Shown here piece by piece: positions 14,250-27,735 of a stretch of 64,000 bases of DNA (position 1 is its first letter; each line of letters starts with the position of its first letter). The notes under the pieces were generated by a model, which made no database searches, was not told where the DNA came from, and saw only the letters and a program-made list of their open reading frames with translations. The position numbers and the translations under genes are program-made. This DNA is from the human T2T-CHM13v2.0 reference genome, Homo sapiens. The DNA is taken from the NCBI RefSeq assembly GCF_009914755.1, contig NC_060947.1. One strand, written 5' to 3'.

Positions 14250-14420
14250 TAAGTCCTCACTTTATGTCTTTGATAGGTTCATGGAAACAGCTACATTAAA
14301 TGAAACAACGTATATAACAAAACCATTTTCTTCTCTTCATCATTATGTTATTCAAGGACCTGCTGTATGTTGCGTCACTTAATGTTGCAGTTTCCAAGAA
14401 CCTATCCATGATATTGACAA
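14250..14420. mobile_element. MER6-like TcMar-Tigger MITE
   Basis: Inverted termini GATAGGTTCATGGAAAC... / ...GTTTCCAAGAACCTATC; AAGTCCTCACTT at the start. Confidence 0.65.
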
Positions 14421-14868
14421 CATACATTACATACAAAGCATGGAGTTTAACATGAAGAGTGTGTGTTCTACATGAGGGAAGGAGAAAGAACCACACATTT
14501 GGTAACAACAAGACGGCAATCCTGCATGAACTTCTGTGGCCACCTACATTCCGTTTTCCTCTATTTCTGGGAACACAGGGGAATTTTTTTTCCATCTCTT
14601 GCAGTTTAGTGGGGTTATCTGCTACGACGACATGAGCATGTATTTTGACTAATACATAGGAACTGTATATTTTCTTTTTTATAACTCTGGTGCCCTGTAC
14701 ATTGTATAGACAATTAGAAAATATGTATTAAAAGAATAAAAGTAATCATATTAGAAATTCCAGCAGTATTATCCCATGGACTCACATAATTTTTCCATTG
14801 TAAATACAGTTAAATATTCAAAGTTGTATTATATATTAGTTTTTCATTAACCTACAATTTTCTTAACA

Positions 14869-16718
14869 CTTCTAAATTTGAATCTGAGATTATTATACAT
14901 TTTTCTGTACTTTATTCATCCATTAGGAATTCTATATTGTCTCTATTAATCTCTTCCTAGTCATATCTATGCATGTTAACACTGTTTAAATAAAATAACA
15001 CATAAAACTAAAAGTGGAGTTGTCCAGTCTTCATAATAAAATCTACCAATTACTTTGGTAAAATGGGTCTAGAAATCAGGTAGAGCTCAGCAATAATAAG
15101 AAAACTGATTAATCATGCCCATCTGACTCATTTTACGTTAAACCTAATGGTTTATTTAACTGACAGCTAGTGTCTCCTTTTAGGATGATTTGAACAGTAA
15201 TTTAGTGTAATTTGAGCTTGAGAAGGTACTGATGATATAACAGAAAGATCTGGGTTCATCAATTGGTAGCTATATTTAAGGAAAGATGATTTCATGGCAT
15301 TCCTAAATTCTGTACTTTTGGGGGATTTTGTTGCCTAAAGTGAATGTGGTATAAAGAAGTTGTCATTAAATCCTAATGATTCAAGGAAACCCAATCTTAT
15401 ATAACTTGCCAAGGAATACATAGCCAAATAGTATTCAATCTCTGAGGAAAAACAGCTGTGTTTTGATGTTTTGCATAAATTTTCAAAGTAAAAAAATTTG
15501 CTTAAACTGTCCTTTTAGGTGCTCAGAGTACTTATTGTTTCAAAAGTTTTTTTTCTGAAACATGATGCAGTATGTTCTATTGCTTTAAAGCAGGCATTTG
15601 GTAATTTTGTTAAGGTATTATAAAAATCTACTTTTGAGTCACCTAGCTTCAGAAATCACCTAAACAGTTTACATCTGAAAAACACACTTACACAAGTGAA
15701 GTGAGTTACATTACAACAAACCTTTTCTACTAGCATTCCCTTTTAAGAGCAAGAAAAAAAATGAAGTTTGGCAACATGATTTAACAGCTGCATATAGTAT
15801 TTATGCTAAAGAAATCACATAGCAGATTTTCAATTACCCACAGAAGGAGGTCCAAGGAGAGCACACAATTAAGCTACACAGATAATCATCTCAACCATGA
15901 GTTTCAACCATCTGAGCTGTCAGTAATTAGCCAATTTTTATTTCACTACTACCCTGGTTATTCTCCCCAGGAACATTACAAGAGATATTCAATGATGAGG
16001 AACAATAATAACACGAAATATTCCATATACTGAAAGAATACTGCATATTAATTCTTCTTAAATGAGAAACATGATATATCAATGAACAACAAGAGATAGA
16101 AATTGTTGATAGGACAAAGTTAATATAAACATTTTGCTTGAAGGATAGAAAGGAGCTTATGTGAGACGGAGCAGCATACTCAAAGGACAAATAGCTAAAC
16201 ATTCCCGTAATTTCTTCCACAATAAAATAATGCAATCTTTTCATAAACACACTTTATTTTCTATGTTTCTAAAGCCTAAAAGCATTATTTGAAACGGCCA
16301 TTGACGTATGAAGACTCGGAAGTAATCATGTGACTCTTATAATTTATAGCAAATGTTGAATGGACAGTTTTAAAAAATTTTGTAGTGTTTTTGTGATCCA
16401 TAATATATGGCTATCTTCAAAGTTAGCAATACTTCTTGCAGTTTTTTTCTGCTTGTGAAGACTTCAAATTGATTCTTTTTCTAATATTTAGTTCATCCCC
16501 CAAATAACTACTTAACTTTTATCAGCAGCATCTTTTTATCTTAATTGGTTCATGATACTATGCCGAAAAGTGATTTAAAAATCTTTCAGTGTCAGAAATG
16601 TAACAAGGAGGGGTGGAAATTATGCTAAACTGTATTTTACTACAAAGATCATGGTTTCATTTCCAAAGTGCCACTTCTGCTCTGCTGCAGTTAATTATTT
16701 CCATTCAAAAATGTAAGG
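14869..16718 (+). repeat. Block B' (direct copy of 10728-12583; probable donor)
   Basis: Direct sequence match. Confidence 0.97.
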
Positions 16719-19071
16719 GCAGGATTACCACATATTCCGTTATTTCTAAAAGAAGCCACTAATAGCATGATTTTAATGGTTACGAAGATTAATATTTTTA
16801 TCATCTTTGTGTTCTTTATACTTAAAGAGCAAAATTGCATAGTACAGATAATCTATCCCTTAAATGTGTAATTAAACTTTTCGTGTGGACACATAGTTTC
16901 ACACTTTGGTTCAATAACTAATTACATATTTAAACTTGCCCTTTCTCATCGTTAATGCCACATGCTGACCACAAAGACAATACCCGTTTACTAAGAAAAT
17001 TTTGTTTGACACAGTAATACCATTTACCTTGCTTTGAAATACAATTTCTCATTGTTCTGCTATACTCTTTTTTTTTTTTGCATCGTACCCCAAAAACTGG
17101 AAACATTTCTCAACGGTTTCCATTAAAAACAGAAAAAGAAATAATTAGCTCATATTTATATGAAATAGATAATTCATAAATTCTATAAGACACTCAGAAC
17201 AAACACTATGATGCTAGCAGAAGAAGCAAGCATAAAATAAGTACAATCTCTCAAGGATATATTGATTCTCTCACAGCTTAGCTTGCACACAGGCTAATGA
17301 TGACAATATTGTGGCATGAAACCTAAGAGTGTATGTGTGTGTGGGGGTGTACGTGCATGTTAGAGAGACAGAGCCCGCTTTTTAAATCTACAACAGAGAA
17401 GTCCAAAAAGTTTACCTTTTACATGCACACACACACTTATCACACGCTTATCATCTTAGGACCTTTTAATATCTGTTTATAAACATGTCTCAGGAGAATG
17501 TTAAACAGTAAATTGATTTTCATTTAGGCCTTTTTTTTCTAACCACATGCTATAGAAGTATGTGTTAGTGAAATATTTAGGAGAAAATATAACAAATTTT
17601 ATTTGAATAGTTGCTTTATAAAACCAGCTGCATATGCTATAGAGTAGGGAGAGATTGCCTAGGTAAACTTCTGTAGTTCAAATCTTGAAGAAAACTAAAG
17701 GTTAAACACTGAGGAGACATTTCAAGTCTAGTGATTCCCTGAGTTCTCTTTAAAATACTTGCAACATGCACACCATAAATATGCTAGAGAATGTATTTTA
17801 AGATATTAAGAAGACATAGGAATGTTAATTTAAAACCCCATGGAACAGAAATAGCCATAATGTCCTGCCGTACCTCACCCACATGGAGTAAATAGTAGGG
17901 GTTGATGCTACTGGCTAACTGAATGCTAAGACTGGAAAAAAGCAAGAGTCTGAAAAGTAAAATATCAAGTGTTAATTTTGACCCAAATCCTGCCACACTT
18001 TTTACGAGACAACATCAGACTCATTGTATGAGACATATTCACATATTTGATGCTCGTTGTTAAGCACATACATATTAAGGATTGTTATACCTTCTTGGAG
18101 AATTGATTCTTTTATCATTATGTAATGCCCTTCTTTAGTTTTGATATTTTTCCTTACTCTCGAATCCGCTTTGTCTGAAATTAATATAGTTACTGCAGCT
18201 TTCTTCTTGTTAGTGTTGTTAGCATGGCATATGTTTCTCCATCACTTTACTTTTATGCATCATAATTTTCTGCTTCTTTGCATATTTAATAATTTTTTAC
18301 TGAATGGTAGATATCTGTGAATATTATGGTGTTGAGTGTCTAAATTTGTTGTCCTACATTAGCTAGATTTGAATTATGTTTAGACAGGCAGTTAAGTTAC
18401 TTACAGATCAGTTTAATCCTTCTCTACTGAAAAATCTATCATACAAAGAGTTTTTTCAACCTGATTGGCCAGGATTTAAATGTTTCCCAACTCTGTGTCA
18501 TTTCTGGGAATTCTTCAAGTCAGGACTTTCCAGTTATGTCTTGCCTCATGGAATTTCATCTTATGCACGCACAGCTTTTTATTGAGCAAAAAATTCAAAG
18601 GCTTTTCTATGCAGATTTGTGAAGCTCTTCCACTGTGCTATTCCTTCAACTCTGGTACTCTACAACACAAATTCCAAAGTTTAGCCATCTAAACTTTCCA
18701 AAATTTCAATTCTGGTCTTTTCAATCCAGGGAGATTACTGGTATTTTCCTGACTTTACCTTTCCTATTTCTCTGTCTGGGGTATTGCGGTGCTTACCTTC
18801 TTGTATCCCTTCACTGATTACGGTTCTATGCTACATGTTTGCCAACGTCTGCAGACAGTATTTTATCTGTATTTTCCAGTTTTGTAATTTTTTCTGAAAG
18901 GAGGGCAAGTCCACTACCAGTTATTCTATTAAAGTAGGAAAGATTTCATCTTTCATTTTTAATATACCAAATTTACAATATTTTGTAATAAAATAATCAC
19001 TTATGATAGTCCATGTTTTTATTTATTACTATTTGCTTTTCTTAGTTGTATTTAACTATAAAATAGACTTC

Positions 19072-20341
19072 CTGGAACCACCGCCCCCAACTGCCGCATC
19101 CATGTGGATTTCCCTGTGATCCTCTATGAGATGTGAGCCTCGGAAGCAGACAATAGCACCTCCTGCTCCAGCAAGAAACTCCCAGGCTCAAGGTGTGGCT
19201 TCCATTAAGGAGCCCAGGCTGGGGCCACAACTCTGAATAACCTCTGTTGGCACATAACCTTCAGCTGTGAGTGGTTCAGTCCTGTGATATTGGTTGGGTG
19301 TTGGTTTGTGTGTGGACAAGAGGAGGTTGGTGGCTGGTGGAGGCTAATGGCAGAGTTAGCCCCCTACTCTCCCCAGCCACCCCTGCAAGAAGCATGGCAG
19401 GGCATATACCAGTCAGGAATGCCCAGTACCTGGTTCCTTGCCTGGTCTGCTTTCCTCCACGTTTGCCTGGGGCCTAACCCTGCTAGAGGCTACAGCACTT
19501 TATAAGCAAGGTTTGCCTTCTTCCAGCTCCTAGGCTGTGGGTGCTGTATACAAGTAGGAACTTCCTTTCCTTCACTTCCCTTTTAACCCCTAGTCAGAGC
19601 ATTTCAGCTGTTGTTTGCTACTTAATTCCTCCCATGTTGGACAGAGGCTGGGGGCAGTGCCAGCCTGATTCTTCCCACCTACCTGCCATGTGTTCCCACC
19701 TTCAGATGGATGGACAGTTTGCTGGCTGTTGATAGGAGTGGGGACTGGACGGGGGCTTCACCCTCTACCAAGGGCTGGGCTGATCCCCCTACTGCAACTA
19801 GTTGTTGCCCCCCCACCCCTAGTTGAGGAGTTGACAGGGTGCAGGCTGGGGTCAGGACAGGCTGTGGATGCTTGTGCCTATAGGGAGTTACTCCAACCCA
19901 CCTATTCTGTCTAATCCCCCATGCCTTTGCACCAAGGCCTCTACCCTTCCAATTGGGAGGGAACTATTCACCACCTTGTGGTAAGGGACAACATCCTAAG
20001 GCTGGTGCCAATAGTTATGAGTAGCCTACCACCCCCTTCCCCTACAGTAACCTCCACCCCTTCAGGATGAGTCAAGGGAAAGTACTGGAGCTGCTGGGTA
20101 TGAAAAGAAAGGAGGGAAAAAGCATAAAAGGAATATGAAGGTTTGTAAATAGTCCACGATGATGTCATGGCAGAGTCTGATTTCTATATAGAGGTAACTT
20201 AAAAAAAAATACTGTGCAAGATCTGTTCTTCTAGAGTGTGGGAAATGGCTTGCGGAGGGTGGCCCTCAGCCTAGAAAGACTATTGTGCTATTTGTTCAAT
20301 TTCAATAAAATGATTTATAGATCCTGAAAATAAATAAATGA
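19072..20341 (+). pseudogene. TUSC2P: 5'-truncated processed pseudogene of TUSC2 (FUS1): last coding codons plus the 3'UTR
   Basis: 19095-19136 translates RIHVDFPVILYEM-stop (TUSC2 ends RIHVDFPVILYEV); GC-richer UTR-like body; AATAAA at 20304-20309; A-rich tail 20327-20341; TSD ATAAAATAGACTTC at 19058-19071 and 20342-20355. Confidence 0.92.
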
Positions 20342-20445
20342 ATAAAATAGACTTCTTATGTCATTTTTGACTTGATTTTTGTCAAGATCTTTTATGTATA
20401 CATATAAAGTATATATGTATAAATATGAATATATATGAGTGTATT

Positions 20446-20477
<32 letters not shown>

Positions 20478-20574
20478 CACAAATATACATACATATCTAA
20501 AAATTGTGTGAAATTTTTATCCCACTAAAGACACCACATTTATTTTACCAACATTTCAATGAAAGTATGTATCA

Positions 20575-20960
<386 letters not shown>

Positions 20961-21103
20961 TTATAATACAGTTATAATGAACATATGTGTACAGGTGTTT
21001 GTATGGACATATGTTGTCATTTCTATTGAATGCCTGAAAGTGGAATTGCTGGAATCAAGGATCCTACCATAATTACTCAGCATATATTTTTATAGAGTCT
21101 TCT

Positions 21104-24100
21104 GGTGGATTTGAGCAAGATGGCTGAGTAGACTCAGCCAGGTGGAACAGATGCCACAGAGGGCTGGGGATGACTGGTGCACTCCTAACAGATCTTCAGA
21201 GGGGAAGGCACTGACAGTGGATGGAGGAAAGACACAGAAGCTAGCCTGAAGTGGGAGGAAGCTGGGAATCCTGCATAGTGCTACCAAAGACAGGGACTCA
21301 TTCTGGGCTCCCAATGACTCTGGGGCAGCCAATGACTTGAACTGCCAAGAAGCAGCCCACTCTCCCCATAGACTTCTGGAATCCTGGCAGGAAGAGACCC
21401 CTCTGCAACTATAGACACTTGAGTTGGCAGAGAAAGCTGCTTAGAGAAATGGTAGGGGCAGAACTTCAGCCAGTGCAGAGCCCACAGGGTTTCGTGTGGG
21501 AGCATCTGTAGTGGAGCATGGCCAGGGATGCTCATCCCTCACAGGCTCAACTTGTTTCCATAGAAGACTTTAGCACTGGGAGAGCTGTCAAACCTAAATT
21601 CTGTCGAGCAGTCTTGCCCATTAGACAGAACCAGTCTGGCCTGAGCATCCCTTGTTATACTGGCTTCTACTGAGGCCCCAGCTTGGTAATGCCTGCTTGC
21701 AGGGCAGCCTTGGGTGCCCAGGGTTTCTGCATCATAGCTCCTGCACTGGCGGATTATGCCTGGCTGGCAGAGAGCTCCAGTGGGACAGCCCCACAGCCAT
21801 GCACCAGCCCGCCGGATCACTCCCCATAGTACAGCTTTCTCCAGGCCCACCGCAATCCTCCACATCCCTTTGCCAGTGTGTGCATGCATAGGGTTTACCT
21901 TCCCTGTCCCACCAGCACGCATGTGTGTGTGTACCCTGCCCTAGCTCTGCTGCTACCTGAAGTGCACCCCATTCCCCTGTCCCACCATTGCGTCAAGGCC
22001 TTGGCGGGCACAGAGCATCCCAGGCCTGCTCCAGCCAACAAGCTGCCATTGTGGCAACACTGTGCCTGAGTGAAACTAGGCACCAAGAGCAGTGGGCCCT
22101 TCTCCACCCTGAGCAATCACAGAAGGTGCACACAGAACTGCGTCTGCAAGTGCCCCAACACCCTGTTAACATCATCTCCAGTGTGACCATTCACACAGTA
22201 GACAATGGGAGTTCCTTGCCATCCCAGAGCCATGCTGCCTTTGCTGCTGCTGTGAATGCCCATGGGGAGACAAATGCCCTTGAACCCATTAGCACCCTGC
22301 TGCAGATCATGATTATGCATTTTGCTGCCCTGCCACTACTGCTGGCACATATGAACAAGAGTGAATTTTACTGCCACCACCCTATGAAATGCTTTGGCTG
22401 GCATCACCCATCAGCGTGTAGTGACCAGCGGTCCAGAAGCACATTGGCTCCCCCTAGTGCAGCAGGCTTCTAAACTCAAGGAGCCAGAGAAATAAATCAG
22501 GGCATGATACAAGTCCCCAAGGTTTAGAACACATAAGCCAAGAGTTGGGAGCTGAGTTTTGGCCCCCTAAAGTCTTCCAGAAATGTGACCAGCAGACTGA
22601 ATCCATTTTATACAATTAAACCCTCAAAGACATCAAAAAAGATAAAAGAAAAAAAATCGGAAGAATAGCAACTTCAAAGATTAAAGGAGCATCAACCCAC
22701 AAAGATGAGAAAGAACCAGCACAAGAACTCTGACAACTTAAAAAGTCAGACTGCCTTCTTTCCTATAAACAACTGCACTAACCCTCCAGCAAGGGTTCTG
22801 AACTGAGCTGAGATAGCTGAAATGACAGAAATAGAATTCAAAATGTAGATAGAAATGGAGATAACGATGTGCAGCAGTATGTTAAAACACAATACAAAGA
22901 AGCTAAGAATCACAATAAAACAATACAAGAGCGGACAGACAAAATATGCAGTATAGAAAAGAATGCAACCACCCTGATAGTGTTGAAAACATTCTACATG
23001 AATTTCATAATGCAGTCGCAAATTTTAACAGCAGAATAGACCAAGCTGAGGAGGAGAGAATCTCAGAGCTTAAAGACAGGCTTTCTGAAATAAGACACTC
23101 AGACAAGAATGGAGGAAAAAAATGAAATGGAACAAACAAAACCTCTGACAAATATAGGATTATGTAAAAAGATCAAATGTACTACTCATTGGTGCCCCTG
23201 AAAGAGATTGAGAGAATGGAAGCAACTTGGAAAACATATTTCAAGATGTCATCCATGAGAACTTCCCCAGCCTGGCTAGAGAGGCTGACATTCAAATTCA
23301 GTAAAGGCAGAGAATGCCAGTAAGGTACTTCGTTAGAAGTTCATTCCCAACATGCATAATCTCCAGATTCCCCAAAGTCAAAATGAAAGAAAAAATGTTA
23401 AATCTAGCTAGAAAGTTCAGTTCACCTACAAAGAGAAGTCCATCAGACTAATGACACAACTCTCAGTAGAAACTCTACAAGCCCAAAGAAATTAAGGGGA
23501 AAAAATTCAACATTCCTAAATAAAAGACATTCTAATCAATAATTTTATATCTGGCCAAACTAAGCTTCATAAGCAAAGGAGAAATAAGATCCTTTTCAGA
23601 AAAGCAAATGCTGAGGGAATTCTTTACCATGAGACCTGCCTTACAAGAGCTCCTGAAAGAAGTAACAACTATGGAAAGGAGAAATCACTACAGTCACTAC
23701 AAAAACACACTTAAATACATAGAACACTAACAGTATAAAGCAACCACACAAACAAGTCTGCATAATAACCAGCTAACATCTTAATGACAGGATCAAATCC
23801 ACAAATATCAATGCTAACCTTGAATGTAAATAGACTAAATGCCCTAATTAAATAGCACAGAGTGGTAAACTGGATAAAGCACCAAGATCCAATGGTATGT
23901 GGTCTTCAAGAGACCCATCTCACACCCTTAGGTTCAAAACAAAGAGGTGGGAAAAACTAGCAAGCAAATGAAAAACAAAAAAGCAGGGGTAGGCATCTTA
24001 ACATCTGAAAAAATAATCTAAACTCAAAAAGATAACAAAAGACACAGGAGAGCATTACATAATAGTAAAGTGTTTAGTTCAACAAGAAGACTTAACTATT

Positions 24101-27100
24101 TTAAATATATAAGCACCCAACATAGGAGTACCTAGATTCATAAAAAAAGTTCTTAGCAACCTACAAAGGGACACACTCCCACACAATAATAGTGGGAGAC
24201 TTTAACAGCCCACTGATAATATTAGACAGATCATTGAGACAGAAAATTTACAAAGATATTCAGGACCTGAACTCAGCACGGGATCAAATGAACCTGACAG
24301 AACTTCCATCCAAAAACAATAGAATATACATTCTTCTCATCTGCACATCATATGTACTCTAAAATTGACTACACGATTGGACATAAAATAATCCTCAGCA
24401 AATGCAAAAGAATCAAAATCACACCAAACCCACTCTCAGACCACAGTGCAATAAAAATAGAATTCAAGACTAAGAAAATCACTAAAAACTATACAATGAC
24501 ATGAAAATTAAACAACCTGCTCCTGAATGATTTTGGAGTAAAGAAATTAAAGCAGAAATCAAGAAGTTCTATGAAATTAATGAGAACAAAGATTCAACAT
24601 AATAGAATATCTAGGACAAAGCTAAGACAGTATTAAGAGGGAAATATATAGCACTAAGTGCTCACATCAAAATTTATAAAGATCTCAATCTAAAAACCTA
24701 ACATCACAACTAAAAGAACTGGAAAACAAACAGCAAAGAAACCCCAAAGCTAGCAGAAGACAAAAAATAACCAAAATAAAATCTGAAAGACATTGAGATA
24801 CAAAAACGATTCAAAAAATCAACAAATGCAGGCAAGAGTTTAAAAAAAAAGTAATAAAATAGATAGACCTCTAGATAAACTAAAAGAAGAAAAGAGAGAA
24901 GATCCAAAAAAAAAAAACACAACTAGAAAATACAAAGGGGATATTACCACTAACCCCACAGAAATACAAATAACCATCAGATACTATTATGAACACCTCT
25001 ATGTACACAGACTAAAAAATCTAGAATACATAAATAAATTCCTGATTACATGTATTCTCCCAAGTCTGAAGCAGAAAGAAATTAAAGCCCTGAACAGAGC
25101 AATGATGAACAATGAAATTGAACCAGCAATAGTCTACCAACCAAAACAACCCAGTACCATATGGATTCACAGAAGAATTCTACCAAATGTACAAAGAAGA
25201 GCTGGTACTATTCTCACTGAAACTATTAAAAAAAAATCTAAGGAGGAGGAATTCCTCTCTAACTCATTCTTTGAGGCCAGCATTATCCTAATACCAAAAC
25301 CTGGCAGAGACATAACAACAACAACAACAAAAAAAAAAACAATTCAGGTCAATATCCTTGATGAACATTGATACAAATATCCTCAATGAGAGTACTGGCA
25401 AACTGAATCTAGCAGCACATCAAAAAGCTTATCCACCATGATCAAGCAGGCTTTGTATCTGGGATGCAAGGTTAGTTTAACATATGCAAATCAATAATGT
25501 GATTTGTCACATAAACAGAACTAAAGGCAAAAACTCAACAGGTGCAGAAATGCTTCTGATAAAATTCAATACCTCTTCATGTTAAAAACTCTCAATGAGT
25601 TAGGATTTGAAGAAGCAAACCTCAAAATAATAAAAATCATCTATGAAAAACCCACAGCCAACATAATACTTAATAGGGAAAAGCTGGAAGCATTCCCTTT
25701 AAAAACTGGCACAAAACAAGGATGACCTCTCACTAATCCTATTCATCATAGTATTGGAAGTCCTGGCCAGTGTAACCAGGCAAGAGAAAGAAATAAAGGG
25801 CATGCAAATAAAAAGAGAGAAAGTCAAACTATCCCTGTTTGCAGGTGACATGATTCGATATCTAGAAAACCCCATGGTCTCAGTCCCAAAGCGTATTAAG
25901 CTGATAAGAGAAACTTCAGCAAAGTCTCAGGGTACAAAATCAATGCACAAAAATTACTAGCATTCCTATACACCAACAAGAGTCAAGCCGAGAGCCAAAT
26001 CAGAAACGCAATTCAATTCACAATTGCCACAGAAAAATAAAATAGCAAGGAATACAGAAAACCAAGGAGATGAAAGAACTCTACAAAGAGAACTACAAAA
26101 CACTTGTCAAAGAACTCAGAGATAACACAAACAAATGGAAAAACATTCCATTCTCATGTATAGAAAAAATCAGTATCATTAAAATGTTCATACAGCCCAA
26201 AGCAATTTATAGGTTTAATTTTATTCCTATTAAACTGTCAATGAAATTTTTCACAGAACTAGAAAAAATGATTTTAAAATTTATATGAAACCAGGAAACA
26301 TTCTGAGTAGCCGAGGAAATCCTAAACAAAAAGAACAAAGCTGAAGGCATCACACTACTTGACTTCAAACTGTACTACAGGGCTACAACAACCAAAATAG
26401 CATGGGATGGGTACGAAAACAGACATAGAGCAATGGGACAGAATAGAGAGCCCAAACTTAAGGCCACACATCTACAACTATCTCATCTTCTAGAAAGCTC
26501 ACGAAACCAAGCAATGGGTAAAACACTCCCTATTCAATAATTGGTGCTGGAATAACTAGCTAGTTATATGCGGAAGAGTGAAACTGGATCCCATTCTTAC
26601 GCTATATACAAAAATTAACTAAAGATGGATTGAAGACTTAAATGTAAAACTTAAAACTATAACAACCCTGGAAGACAACCTAAGCAATACCATTCTGGAT
26701 ACAGAAATGGGCAAAGATTTTATGATAACGATGTCAAAAGCAATTGCAACAAAAGCAAAAACTGACAAATGGGATCTAATTAAACTAAAGAGCTTCTGCA
26801 CAGCCAAAGAAACTATCCACAGAGTAAACAGACATCCTACAGAATGGGACAAAATTATTTCAAACTATGCATCTGACATTCAGCATCTATAAGAAACAAA
26901 CAAATTTACAATAGAAAAACAAACAATGCCATTAAAAACTGGTCAAAGGACATGAAGAAACACTTTTCAAAACAAGACAAACATGTTGCCAACAAGCATG
27001 TGAAACAAAGCTCATCACTGATTATTAGAGAAATTCAAATCAAAACCACAATGAGACATTATCTCACACCTGTCAGAGTGGCTATTATTAAAAGTCAAAA

Positions 27101-27735
27101 AATAACAGATGCAGGTAAAGTTTCAAAGAAAAAGGAATGATTATACACACTGGCCATTCCTGAAAGACCTAACAACAGAACTAACAGTTGACCCAGCAAT
27201 TCCATTACTGAGTATATACCCAAAAGAATATAAATCATTCTGTTATAAAGTCATATTCACATGTATGTTTATTGCAGAACTATTCACAGTAGCAATGACA
27301 TGGAATGAACCTAAATCCCCATCAATGGTAGACTAGACTGGATAAAGAGCGTGGGGTACATATACACCTTCGAATACTATGCAGCCACAAAAAAGAATGA
27401 GATTATGTCCTTTGCAGAAACATGGATGGAGCTGGAGGCTATTATCCTTAGAAGACTAATGGAGGAATAGAAAGCCAAATACCATGTGTTCTCACCTATA
27501 AGTGGGTGCTAAATGATGAGAACACATGGACTCATAGAGGGGAACAACAGCCACTGGGGCCTACTGGAGGGTTGAGGGTGAAGGTGGGAGAAGATCAGGA
27601 AAAATAACTAATGGGTACTTGGCTTAATACCTGGGTGATGAAATAATATGTACAACAAACTCCCATGACATGAGCTCACCTATATAACAAAACTGCACAC
27701 ATACCCCTGAACTTAAAATAAAAGTTAAAAAAAAA
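21104..27735 (+). mobile_element. Near-full-length, inactive L1PA13-16-type LINE (long 5'UTR, ORF1 from ~22705, ORF2 from ~23784, 3'UTR, poly(A))
   Basis: CAAGATGGCTGAGTAGAC start; ATGAGAAAGAACCAG and ATGACAGGATCAAAT ORF starts; RT-like LSLFAGDMI; ends CCCCTGAACTTAAAATAAAAGTTAAAAAAAAA; many stops and frameshifts. Confidence 0.92.

Noticed and set aside
11658-16250. Paired similar ORFs (11658-11882 / 15803-16033; 11871-12113 / 15927-16250) as a small gene family
   Set aside because: They follow from the B/B' duplication; they are short, resemble no protein I recognise, and end in different frames.
19271-20168. ORFs within the GC-richer island
   Set aside because: They fall in the copied TUSC2 3'UTR, downstream of the stop at 19134-19136.
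21539-22473. Cluster of longer GC-rich ORFs (up to 161 aa)
   Set aside because: They lie in the L1 5'UTR, where stops are sparse; no recognisable domain.
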